A DNA stretch of 63,493 nucleotides, counting the filler, from Choristocarpus tenellus KU-1152 (taxonomy: Eukaryota; Protista; Phaeophyceae), in assembly GCA_964200185.2 (NCBI GenBank). It is 12 parts of 12 records of this genome, joined end to end, with 100 filler letters (N's around TTAATTAATTAA, not from the genome) between each part and the next. Parts side by side here need not be neighbours in the genome. Positions count along the whole stretch, not along the records: positions 24,185 to 28,452 come from CAXNAD020015383.1; positions 28,553 to 31,445 come from CAXNAD020023853.1; positions 31,546 to 42,489 come from CAXNAD020002612.1; 9 more parts are not named here. The stretch is one strand, 5' to 3'. This document shows positions 26,543 through 39,000 of the stretch, piece by piece. The notes beneath the pieces are model-generated. The model ran no database searches and had not been told where the DNA came from. It saw only the letters and a list, made by a program, of their open reading frames with translations. The translations under genes were made by a program, and so were the position numbers. Positions within the stretch are counted from its first letter, which is position 1. Each line of letters starts with the position of its first letter.

Positions 26543-26815
26543 CTGTGAAAGTATCTTAGAGGGTAGAAGTTTTGCCTCGTTTGTCCGCTTGGGGCTTGTC
26601 TTCCCACGTTTTTTTTTGTGACATTTTCCTATTATTCCGAAATATGCTGGAGTAGGTAAAATGTATGCGTTTTGGAATGGGTATCATGTGTATGTCCGGA
26701 ACAAGGATATTGACACTTGCTAGCAAACACGATAGCCAAAATTTCATCAAAATCGCATCATTGGATTTTGGTCCCCACACGGACGCGGCTCTACTATCTA
26801 ACATACTTTGACTCT
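26543..26815 (-). mobile_element. MITE subfamily B copy
   Basis: GTGAAAGTATCTTAGAGGGTA...TTTGTCC..TTGGGGCTTG...GGATTTTGGTCCCCA...CATACTTTGACTC; inverse orientation of 34748-35006. Confidence 0.75.
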
Positions 26816-27039
26816 TGACACAGTGTATCCATGATATCAGCATTCCAGTACTGTGTTGTGGTAAGGATAACAGAAGCAGAAAACTTCCCAGGAGGCAGTC
26901 AAGGGTCAACATAGCCTACACCTGACTGGCATCTTCGTTGATGATGACTAGGAATTTGTTCGTTCTTCAGCCTAGTAAGACAGAGCATTGTAGATGCGGA
27001 AATATCACTTTTTGGGGGTGGGAGGGAGGGTTATTTGCT

Positions 27040-28075
27040 AACATTTTGCCCGCTTTCGAGATGTGCGACTATACAGTGCTTGTTGACCAGTTGTTTATGG
27101 CAGAGGAGCATACCAAGGCGATTGAGATATTAGATTGGGTTGGGCAGAGGGCAATGATGGGGCATGTAATGTCGGAAAAAGTATTACGAATTACCATGCT
27201 GGACTGTTTGGATAACGGCTATCAAATCACCAAGCATTATCTACAACATGGTAATAAGTATGAGCGTCCAAGGGCATCGATTGGTGTTGATTCAAAACGC
27301 CGCTTGTTCGCAATACTTTAGCCCAACGGGAAGTAGCTTATCGTGGGGAGCCAGGGAGCGCTCTTGCCGCCGGGATCATAAGCTCAATGAGGAGCTTCCA
27401 GATGGCCAGCCGAGGAGGCGGCCTGAGTACAACTGGTCACATTACAGCCCCTGGTTCGACAGGATCCCGTGCCAGGGGCCAGACCAAGGCACTTGATAAA
27501 TATAATATGTGCGGCTTGTTTCGACATGCAGGTCATCGCACATTCAGGGGACTGTGCTACATCCACAGGAGCAGAGGCCACCAGCAAACTGTTTGCCCTC
27601 AGAGGAGGGTGGTACCACCAAAAGAGGCGGGAAGCTTACGTCGCCAGAGGGTGACTCCACCAAAGTCGGAGATGGGTGTCCCGACTTAAGTCGTCAGAGG
27701 GTGACTCCGCTAAAGTCGGTGGAAGAACTAGCTGGATCAGAGGAACCGGCTAGGACAGAAAGGAAGTTTAAGACCATGTTAGACGCTGTGACTGACAATG
27801 GCAAGGTGAGAACAAATGCTTTCGAAACATGGTGTTTTGATTTGGGGACTTTTGATAGTGTGACGAAAGACCCGAAGTACATGTATGACTTCACCGCATG
27901 TCCACAAGGCTGCAAAATGACTGAAACTGACGGCACATCACTACCCATTATAGGGCGTAGCAGAGTTGATTTAAATTCCAATGTTGGCCATGGTGAGTGG
28001 GTGGGTGATACTTTGGTGTCTGTCGCATTTGTCCCGAATATAGCATGCAATCTTGTATCTTCACGCTCTGTTTGA
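27040..28075 (+). pseudogene. Ty1/copia gag (zinc knuckle) and protease remnant
   Basis: Degenerate CCHC (CYIHRSRGHQQTVCP), then W.FD.G...TKDP.YMYDF...DGTSLPIIG...VAFVPNIACNLVS, typical of the copia protease beta-barrel; frameshifted. Confidence 0.8.
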
Positions 28076-28558
28076 AGGATGAGGATGAGATAGTTGCGGT
28101 GTTTTATTTGTTATTTTCTGTGTATTTCCCTTCACATCCTCGAGGACTAGAAGACACATCGTATCTACCCTCAGTCCAAGAGCTGGGGGGTGAATGGTAT
28201 CTCCTGGATTGATGGAGAGTACAAGGGCAATATGAGATAGATGTTTAATGTTATGGATGGAGGTCTGGATTGGCGAGAGTTCAGGAAGTGGAGAATGGAC
28301 GCTGAGGTCACCATTCTGCAAGCACTTTACCTGGTGGCTGTGCAAACTTCTTTGATTTTTCTACTGTTTTGTTTTACAAAAGTTCCATTGTTTGTTATGT
28401 TTCACCTGGGTCAAAGTATCTTGGGGGGGGGGTGTCGGCGTCCGTTTTTCACNNNNNNNNNNNNNNNNNNNNNNNNNNNNNNNNNNNNNNNNNNNNTTAA
28501 TTAATTAANNNNNNNNNNNNNNNNNNNNNNNNNNNNNNNNNNNNNNNNNNNNGGAAAG

Positions 28559-28593
<35 letters not shown>

Positions 28594-29929
28594 GTTATAG
28601 GGTCATGCCTTCATCACTGTGGGAAAAGGAATCTAAATCTGATGACTGGAGACACCTTTGTTAAGAGGTTTGTGAAGAGGATTGCCGTCGAGTGCATCCT
28701 GAGCAAGTACAGCAGAGGTGTCACAAGGATAGTCACAGTTACACGAACAAAAAGGTTATGCTCTTGTGTAGCGGAGTCAATATTTTTCAGTTGAGTCATT
28801 CATGACATTTGCACTTTCGTTTCATATTTCCTTCACCATTTCGAGGTAGTTCATCGCAAACATTGTTGTCCTTCCCTGCAATTGAAAATAGTGAATCTGA
28901 GCCCGACTCTATGGATCATCATCTCTATGGATCATCATCTCTATGTATCATCATCTCTATGTATCATCATCTCACCGTTGTGAGGATTGTTTGTCGAAAC
29001 ACTGGCTCCCGCCACCCATTCAGGGAAGCGTAACATTGCCTGCATTTTGGCACCAGGATGATGAGCAAAGGGGAGAGGCATTCAATGAGATTAGATTGCA
29101 AGTTTGATGTCAGTACAGAGCGGCGCATGTTCTACGAATTTTTTTGTTCTGCCTTTGTGATGTATCCTTGTCACCAAAACTGTCAGGACCCAAAGTATCT
29201 TGGAGGGGGAGAGGGGGGGTGTTAGCCCAGGTTGTCCATTCAGAGCTTGATGGGACATTGCAAGATACCCCAGTTTGATGCCCTTTTTGGCAGGTGAATT
29301 TCCTTTAGGTTTGGTTCAGGCAGGGGGATGGAAAAGGAAGGTACATTCAGATGACGAAAATTGGACTTAAATCTGACATGTTCACTCAAATGACATGAAA
29401 ATCACTGCAGGTTCACACAGGCTCCGAACGGACGATAGACCCTTCTTCTGGGACACTATGGGTATCAGATGTCATACTCCACATACTTTGCAAGGTTTGA
29501 CCTCGAGTCACACACACCTTCATTGTCTGACCACTGTAAGGGACTTGTTATTTTGTTTAACCACTTCAACATGTTTGGAACTATTCCTATGTTGATGTTC
29601 AAAGGCACTGTTGCACGTGTCATAAAAAGGTAGACAACAATTTACCCCCAAGCGATTTTGGGAACTGGTGAACGATAAAATGGCGAACGACAAATGAGCA
29701 ACGTGGGAGGTGTTGGCCTCTTCGAAATTGTTTAGGGTTGGTCCAGTCCTGCACCACAGCTTTCGAAACGATCAAAATACGCTGTTCGGAGACATAGGTA
29801 TCCTTTTATTAGGCCCTAACACGTACTTTCCAACGCGTATCGATTTCCCTAGCCAGTTGGTAGCAAGATACTAAGGCAATGATATTTCTTTGGCGGTTCA
29901 TCAGACTATAAGGACAAGGAGAGAACAAC

Positions 29930-30525
29930 CTGTATCCCCCTAGAATGTGAGCATTGCTATTTTCCCATCTCCTCCTGCATAGGCCTTTCCATAGTGGAAC
30001 CTCCACCTCTGCTGCCTGCAGGTCGTGAGATGAATATTGTGACAACGTCGTTGGATCGGGTTGAATTTTGAGACTAAAGGATATTGGTAAACCCAAGGGG
30101 TCACTATAATAGCGAACTCCAACCTGAAGAACGTCTTGCACAAAAATCGAGATTGCTTGTTTAGTGTGACAACAGCACCTCGGGGAGTCGGGGAAAGATC
30201 ACAAACCACACACAGGGTACCCTATCCAACACTTACATTTCCATGCTTGATATGCTCGACTCAAAATACTTGAAGCGACACATACTGATGATCCAAGTCT
30301 TTCATCAACAGCTTGGAATAGCAATACCGAGTTGCTCACCTCTTTCAGACTCTTGCTAACATTCCTGCAGATGGCTACACTCTTTGCAGGAAGATAAGGT
30401 AGCACAAGCACAACCCAAGAAGTGTCTTGATCTCGCAGATGCAGTTCCCCTCCCACTCGGCCACTTACCATGTTCTCCTTCGGTCTCTTGACACCATCAA
30501 CCCCCTCCTTATTATCTCTATCCAT
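29930..30525 (-). CDS. F-box protein, partial; exons 30525-30340 and 30015-29930
   Basis: GAG|GTGAGC donor and TGCAG|GCA acceptor give WVVLVLPYLPAKSVAICRNVSKSLKE|AAEVEVPLWKGLCRRRW, an F-box-like motif split by an intron. Confidence 0.7.
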
Positions 30526-30884
30526 GATCCCACACGATTTTGCCCTCGTCCTAATATCAAAAAGAAGATACCCCACAACAGAAGATTGGAATGCTAACAA
30601 TGTTCGTCTTCGTTGACACGACCCTTCAATAACTTGCGAGGAGCTTATTACGCGTTAGCATTAGGCCAGAGAAGAAGGACTGGGCACTACACCCAACACG
30701 ACTTGAAGAAGCAGAGACTTCCTTCTACCAAACAGAGTACCCAGGAAGGGATGATTTACGAAAAGTCTTGGAGGAAACATCATAACGCATACACTACCTA
30801 TAACAATACTGTACTACCTTATTACTATAACTGATCTACTTCTACTACTAATATTATAATAATGTATTAAGTATGAAACAATAA

Positions 30885-31110
30885 AACCTCAACAACATCG
30901 TGGAAAGTTTTGGGCGCCTAGGTAAGCAAGCGGAAATATTTCTGGATGAGTTGGCTGTGCACGCGATAGGGGGTGTCAAATCCCGTCTATTATGACAGAT
31001 AGTCTCTGTCAAAACAAAATTAGCTCTACCTGGATGTGTCATACTTTTTAACCTGAAGACACTAGGGAGATGGACAAGGAGGGGTTTGTTAGATTCTTGG
31101 GATGCTTCAC
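30885..31110 (+). mobile_element. CRE/SLACS-like non-LTR retrotransposon fragment
   Basis: VESFGRLGKQAEIFLDELAVHAIGG.VKSRL..IVSV, homologous to 32090-32260 (-). Confidence 0.7.
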
Positions 31111-31111
31111 T

Positions 31112-31445
31112 AGCTCCTCACCCTGGCGACTCTAGTTTGAAACGCATGACACGTCGAGACAATGCCACTTGCGTAGTCACCGAAACAATTTGGCGTAGCC
31201 TGGATTTAACTTCTTCTTCCTGCCATATCCTCCCGCTCCTCTTCCTCCTACTATGTGGATTATAACTACGAGGATCAAAGGAGCCGTCGTAGTGGGTGCG
31301 CTTTCGTGCCTCAGCTGCAGCAGCAGCTACACCATTGCTGGTGGATGAATTGGTGAGGTGGGAGGTGGCCTGTACCTCTGCGAAGGTGATGTCCAGCAGA
31401 AGACCTTCGTCCCTGTAGGGAGCAGTTCCAGCATCTGCTAGTGCC
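31112..31445 (-). mobile_element. CRE/SLACS-like non-LTR retrotransposon, restriction-like endonuclease C-terminal fragment
   Basis: LLLDITFAEVQATSHLTNSSTSNGVAAAAAEARKRTHY...RLRQIVSVTTQVALSRRVMRFKL, the pattern of the restriction-enzyme-like endonuclease region. Confidence 0.7.
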
Positions 31446-31772
31446 NNNNNNNNNNNNNNNNNNNNNNNNNNNNNNNNNNNNNNNNNNNNTTAATTAATTA
31501 ANNNNNNNNNNNNNNNNNNNNNNNNNNNNNNNNNNNNNNNNNNNNAGCCGGAAATACGTTGGGCTCACAGAAGGTAAAAAGGTTGGGGGGAGGGGGAGGG
31601 GGAGGGGGTGGGGTGTGGGGGAGAGAGGATTTGTTACTCATAAAATTGTGCCCTGTGCTTTGAACAATGGCTTGACAATTACGGCTCATTTTCTGGGAGG
31701 CGGTTTGTGTGAGCGGTGCCAACAGAGTGAACATAATAATAAGTGCATCAAGAGTGAAAGGTTGAGAGGAGT

Positions 31773-32265
31773 GTTATGCCCTCTGACATTTTGCAGATGT
31801 GTCAGGGGGAAAACAAATGAAAACTGCACATATGTCAGTATAAGCCCTAAAGAAATAAAATATCATAAATGTGAAAACACTATAAAACACTGTAAGCGTG
31901 AAAAACACTAATCAGTTATTTCACCACTATCAATATTGCATTACTGCTGTCCTTTGCTTCCCATCTACCTACTCCTGCGCCCCGGGGTGGGGAACTAGGG
32001 AGGCATCCACCCCAAGATCCCAACAAAACCCTCCGTGCCCATCTCTCTGATGACTCTAGTTTAAAGCGCATGACGCGTCGAGAAAATGCCACTTAAGTAG
32101 TCACCGAAACAATTTGGCGTAGCCGGGATTTAACTACTCCTTTCCTGCAATATCCTCCCGTTCCTCTCTCCCCTACCATGTGAGTAGCCAGTTCATCCAG
32201 GAAGCATTCCGCTTGCTTGCCGAGGCGCCCAAGACTTTTCACTGCAAAGGTGTTAAGGTTATAAC
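31773..32265 (-). mobile_element. CRE/SLACS-like non-LTR retrotransposon 3' end (ORF end, 3' UTR, hairpin, TAA)
   Basis: YNLNTFAVKSLGRLGKQAECFLDELATHMVG...RKGVVKSRLRQIVSVTT, then a 3' UTR ending in CCCCTGACAC...ATGTCAGAGGGCATAA. Confidence 0.7.
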
Positions 32266-33096
32266 ATGTATAGTTCTCATTGGTTTCCCCCCTGACACAT
32301 CTGCAACATGTCAGAGGGCATAATAATAAATTAAAACATGTACGAAGTTTCCTCACAACGAACTGCAAACGGCATGTCGATATATGTCATACGACAATAA
32401 CGGTATGAGAACACAGAAAAGTTTCCTTTTTGCCACATGTATCGTTCCCCCCGAAGAATGAGAATTGGTGTTCGTTCAAAAAAAGAAGAATGAAAATGAT
32501 GGTTCACAACATACACATACTACTTCGAAAGTATCATTTATTGAACGAAAGGTACCACGACTTGGCGACGAAGAATACCCCTTAAAGAAGGTGCCCACAG
32601 GAGGGCCACTGTATGAGATCACACTCCCTTTTTCCGCTGGTTAAACACGATTGTGTCGTCCCTCCAGGAGAAGTAAGTGGAGCGAGAATGATCGATTAGT
32701 GTTGTGGGGAACCAAGTTTAAGGGGGGATTTCTCTCTCCCGTCTGCGTCGAAGTGTTGGTATCCACATTGCCCTCTTCTCTTCCGAAGCTGGTCGCGAAG
32801 GAAGAAAGAAGGATGGGATTAATAGCATGATGTTTCAGCCTTCTGTACGAGATAGATAAGGAAGAGCATGATAAATCGATCAGGCAGTTCGACCGGGGCG
32901 CTTGATTTCTTGCTTCCTTCGAGATCAGTACATAGAGAGGGTGTCGTTAGGTAGCGCATTTGCTAATATCTCATTGTTTCCAGCCAACTCTAGTTACATA
33001 ATGCATTCGAATCCTTCAGTCTAAAGAAAATTGTGATGAGTGCTGATTTTTGCCACACATCACTACCTTTTCGCGTCCAGTCATCCGGCCTTGTCA

Positions 33097-36000
33097 ATGT
33101 CGCTGGCAGGGACGATTTTGGCTTCGACTGGTCGCGTGGACCGCCCCATCACTCGTTCCGTCGCAGACGTGCATACCAAGCGTTGCAAGGCGGATAACAA
33201 GGTTCGTGAGATTTGTTTGCAGCCTTGCAGATTATGTCGATCGATCCGCCAGTTAGGTTGCTAATCAACTACAGGAGTATTATTAACAGACCCCACTACT
33301 TCTCCGAGGGGTAAGCTGCCCCTGCCACGTCTGCTCTTCCCCTCCGTCCTATATCCAGGAGAAAATATTGTTAGGCATATTGTCAGGCACGATGTTCCTA
33401 ATTATCAGAGATTCTTTTTGCGATGTTCGTGGCGTAAGTGGTATATACTGGGAAAGAACTCGCCGTTTGTGAATCGAGCGAAAGGTTTGGAGGAGATGAG
33501 TTAAACAACCATTTTCATTGCGTGGTCGTCAAGCAACGTTTTTTTTGCAGGCTCCAAGCTCTCTATCAGAATACTACACCGGGAGAATAGGGTGGGAAAG
33601 CTAGTAATCTATCCCCACCCCCGTCAATTCTTCGATCTTTATTATACACATGAAAGGTACGATAGTGGGATGCACTAGTTCCAGCGGGGTAGGAAGAGGA
33701 AATCTGATCAATAGGGCTCACTCGATTACCCATTGTAACGTAAAGGTCACCAGCAGCTAGCTGTATTTGATTCAATCAGAGTTACGCTTTGGGTCAAGTA
33801 AACCCGAAAGTTATCACCCATATTTTGAAGGAAAAGGTCACTCTGACTGAGGTTGGATGGAGAGGCCACGATTTGACTCTTACTCACACTAGAGAACTAC
33901 AGGCAAAGTCGCGTTTAGCTTAGCTTTCGTGTTTTGTATGTAATCATCGTGTAATAATTTTGAAATGAAGCTCAATAATTTCCCATCCCACTGGCCCATT
34001 GGCATGTTACAAAAATCTACTCCAGGGTCTTAAAAAAAAGGTCTCGAGAATGCACCTATGATATCTGCACTTGAAATCCTCGATCAAGTGTACTGGAGAT
34101 CGGAGATTGTGTGATCCTCGAGTTTTGGCATGACTTCAACTTACACTACTTTCTCCTCTCACTCTGTATGATAGTTGCGCCATTCATGTGGTCAATAAAG
34201 AAATGTGTACTCGTTGAATAATAGCTTGAACGCATTAAGGTAATACCTATCGACATTGTTCTGCTCAATCAACAGTATCTCCTGGACCAACTTCCTCTCC
34301 ACCCAAGCTCACCCCTGATGCCCTATCAAAAAAGTATATCAATCCCTTCCCCCCTCACCTGACCCCCACCTCGTGACGACAGCACTTGGTGATCCCCAGT
34401 GAAGTGTGGGTTGCAGTGTTCGGTTTGCTAGGAGAAACTGAACTTGAGGTGGCAGGGGCAGTGTGCAGAGCATGGCTTAAAATAGCTGGGCACGATAGAC
34501 TTTGGCAGGGATTGTACCTCAGGATGTGGAAGGTGAGGGTATTTTCTGCTTAAAAAATTATTGTTCTTGGCATGCCTGTGTCATTGAAATATATCCACTG
34601 ATTCCAAGGGTCTTCTCCTGCCGGTTCCTTCTATATCTCATTTCCGCCTACCTACTACTATTATCAACCACTTCAAACCACTTCACCCGGCTAAACACAT
34701 TGATGTGCCTGAGCTGTGGTTTTTGGGTTCACTACCACTAGTACTACGAGCCAAACTATCTTAGAGGTTAGCGCCATGTTCATTTGGGGACCAAAATCCA
34801 ATGCTGCGATTTTGATGTAATTTTGGCTATCGTGTTTGTTAGGAAGTGTCAATATCTATGTTTGAGACACACCTTTTCATAACGTAAACATTTTACCTAC
34901 TCCAAAACATTTTGGAGTAGGAAAATGCCATAAAAAAACGTATGGGAAGCCAAGCCTCAAATGGACAAACAGGGCAAAACTCGTAACCTCTAAGATACTT
35001 TCACTCCTACAGCATATATTATGTATGCTGCACTGATCTAAACTCAGAACTTGTATAACACGTCACCTGGGGGTTATACGGATTATTTGTGTGACCAGGA
35101 GGAACCCAGCTCACATCCTTCAAAGTGGGGTAGTTCGTATTGCACAGAGCACTCCATACGGGGATCCTCAGGGGCTGGGCTAAATGAGCTGACACAGTTC
35201 TTCAATGAAGAGGTGGGTGAATATACCTACCTACCTTAGCACTACGTATGTCTTGTAGTACAGATAAACATTCGATTACTTCAACAATAATATTAGATTG
35301 TTTAGAACATACTACCAGAAGTATTACTTTGTGGTTGAGTATATATATGTGAAGTATATCCCCATTTTCCAAAGAACGGCGACTTTCGTTGTCCTTAAAA
35401 AGGAGAAGTTTGCTACAAATACATGCTACAAATACATGCCACAGTTACGAAATAAACCCTAAATCCTACCCTATATTGTTACATCAATATAGCGGAACAA
35501 CCAACGCAAGCAAGTTGATGAGTAAAAGCACTGATAGAATAACGGTCCCGGTGAGGATTGAACTCACGACCTCTCGATTAACAGTCGAACGCTCTAACCA
35601 GCTGAGCTACGGGACCATATCCACATTTCTAAGATCAATTATTGGTATTTATATATGTTTAGTACTCGGAACTTTGTACCCCATTGGTGCTACTTCCTAT
35701 TATAGTGCATTTTTGCCACTAACATTTTGCAAATTTTGTTAAGGGTGGAGGGACAAGGATAGGTATAACGTGATAATATGAAAGCAATAGTTACTACAGT
35801 GTATAATAGTTACAGTGTTAAAGTAGAATGGTACAATTCCATAATTGGTAGGCACCTGTACATACTACAAAATACAATAAATATTTTGTACTTACTACTG
35901 AGTCAAAGTAAATGGGGATTACGTTACATTTTAAGGATGTTAACAAACATGTAGAAGATTCAACTTCAAAAAAAAATGCGCATAGGATATTTTGCTAGTT

Positions 36001-39000
36001 GTGTTGGAAAATTTTCAAATAATAGAGAAATATACGCTCTTAAGTGGAACTTACAGCTTCATCCATAGAAATATGGAGAAATTGAAAAAGATTGAAAAAC
36101 TAGGTTAAATAAAAAATAGTTAAAACCTGAGTACCTCTCGTTTACTTTGACTCACTAACTAACAATGTGGTATTTGACAAATCTTCACAACAATCAATTA
36201 AATTGCTGTATGGGTGGAATGTTGGTTGGGTGGTTAAACAACAAATAAGCTGAGAACACGCGTCTCCAGAAGTAGTCAATCCATTGTAGCCTTCCTCTCC
36301 CACTCCGCACAACCCATGCTTTTTCAAATAGCCTCCTGGAGCCCCCTATTAAGTGCATCCCGCCCTTTATCCTTTACCCCATAGTCAACATGTGCAAGTC
36401 TCCTGTATACACACAAACATGTACATGGATGTCTGTATTTGTTTTTCTCCAGGTTTGCATGAACTCCAATGGCATAATTGGGTGTGGCTGCCCAGGCCAT
36501 ACTCCCACTCAAGAGGATCTGATGAGACTTGCCTATAATGGGTGCCACATCACATTGCAGGTTAATTTCTGCGTCTCCACTAACAGCAGCCTCCCTCCGT
36601 CATCTTTGAAATAATAGTGTATTGTGCTGGTCTCACTGCAATCGTTATAACTTTTCTTTAGTATGGTGTGATTGACAATTTCCACTGTCCTCTACATATC
36701 CGTTGGAGATTGCATGCAATAATCAGGCGGGTGCCTGTTAGTATTGGAACAACAATATTTTTTTGAAATGTATGAGAAAATTCTGAAGACAAAATCATTT
36801 CTCCTCAAAACTCTTTCATAGCCTTCAATTGCATCAGGGCATGTGCCTATCGAACAATGTAGTGAGTATGTCCATTGGTCCCTAGGCTCAAAGAATCTGA
36901 GGGGGGATGGCGGCTGTCCATTTGCGGTCAATTTTTTCATGCCGCGATTTTTTCGTGATTTGGTTGCATGTGTCGGATGGATAATGCTAATGTACTTTTC
37001 CTGATTTTGGTCCAATTGGACACCCTGGTGTAGACTCCCCCCCCCCCCAGATACTTTGGGTCCTAAGCAATTGTTTTTCGGGTTGCCCTCAACCGTTCTG
37101 TCTTAGAACACTGTTGTGAGATTTGTATTATTCTCTTCAAGCGTAGCAACCGCAATGAATCTCCGAGTAGGAGAATAATGGGGGTTTAGCCCGGTTCCTC
37201 ATAGCTCTGTAAATGATTATAGTATCTATGACTTTTGTGCAAGCATCTTAAACAACTGCAATAAGCACTCCCACAGATATTCAATACTATTGCGCAGATT
37301 TGACGAGGTACAAATGTAATGTCCGTATTTGTAACCAAATGGATGTTGATACATTTTTCCGTCTTGATTTCTTGAAAAGGGCACACAGTGTTGAGCAGTA
37401 GATAAAACTCAAGCACGTTTACAAAAAAAACGTCATAACCAACTAGCAGATACTGTATTGTGTTACTACTAGAGCTACTTTTGACCATCATATATCTAGG
37501 CTCTACATACTTGAAGATCTATGGTTTGTGTTGTTGATGTGGAAGTCTTGACTGGGGAATAAAATGTTGTGTGTACAATGAAGTAATTGTGTGTAATTTA
37601 TAGTTTCAAGTTGTCGAAGTCTGGTCGACATAGAGTCAAAGTATCTGGGGTGGGGGGTTGTCAGCGTCCGTTTTTCACCCTTTTTTCTATTTTCACTTTT
37701 TTGGTGTGATTTGGTCGCACGTGTCGGATTTGAAATGTCAGCAAAAAAAAGAAGAGTTGTTTGACCGAAACGGACGCCCCCTTACAAACCACCCCCCCCC
37801 CCTCAGATACTTTGACCCATATAGTGAGAAGTGCGCGTAACCTCAGGAATAACCTGTGAGTTGACTCTACTGTAACCTCTAGCTTTCGTATGAACTTCTA
37901 TATCTTAGAAAGTCAACATATACTCTACCGTACATGATACTGTCGTTCTGTATATCGAGTCATTTACTTTAGAGAGTCAAAGTAAGTGAGAGGTACCCAG
38001 AGTTGCATTTTAAAGAAGTCGGCAAACATGTGCAAAACTCGGCATTTTTTACTAATGTGTGTAGAATACTTTTCAAATTTTGGCGAAATGTTTAGAACAA
38101 TAGAGAAATAAATCCTCTTGAGTCAAAGTTAGCACTTCATCCATAGAAATGAGGTTGAATGGCAAATGATTAAGAACTGGCTTATGATGCAGACGGCAAA
38201 AACTGGGTACCTCTCATTTACATTTGCTCGCAGTATATCCTTGCTGCACAATTGAGCTCTAAGTTAGCACAAGTATACAAATTTTGCGAGTCCTATCACT
38301 AATATTATTGCGTCATAATTGCTCTTCATTCAAGGTTAATGCCTTGCATCAAAAATACCATCATTGACCTGAACAATCGATAGTAGGCATAGAACTTTAT
38401 CCACCACCTAACAGAGTAGTGTACGAGTAGTAAATACATTGGTGAAGGGTGCATTCGACTTGTGGGCATCAAGACTTATGTCTGGGACATCCTTGTGGGC
38501 CCAACATGCTCCATGTATCAGCAATTGTACCTGTTTTGTACACCAAAATTGTCAATCGACAAGCCATTGAAATTGGAGGTAAAATGTATAATTGATATTC
38601 GCCTTTTCCTACTCTCAGAGTCAATGTAAACGAGAGATGCCCAGAGTTACATTCTAAGGATGCTAACAAATATGTGCAAAATCCCGAAAATGTGTATAGG
38701 ATATTTTCTGAATCGTGTCGGAGAAGTATCAAACAAGAGAGAAAAACGCTCTCAAGTCAAACTTAGAACTTCATCCATAAAAATTTGAGCAAATTCCAAA
38801 AGATTGAAAAACAGACACAAAATGCAATACTGCTAAAACCTAGCCACATCTCGTTTACTTTGGCTCAAAGCTAGAGGGTATCATCAGGGAAACTGTTCCA
38901 ATGTCCTACTATTTATGTTCATGTTATACCCTGCGTATACAGGAGGTCGCAACCTGCGATTTTCCACACAAGGTTCGTCCTGACCAAACTGTATATCATC

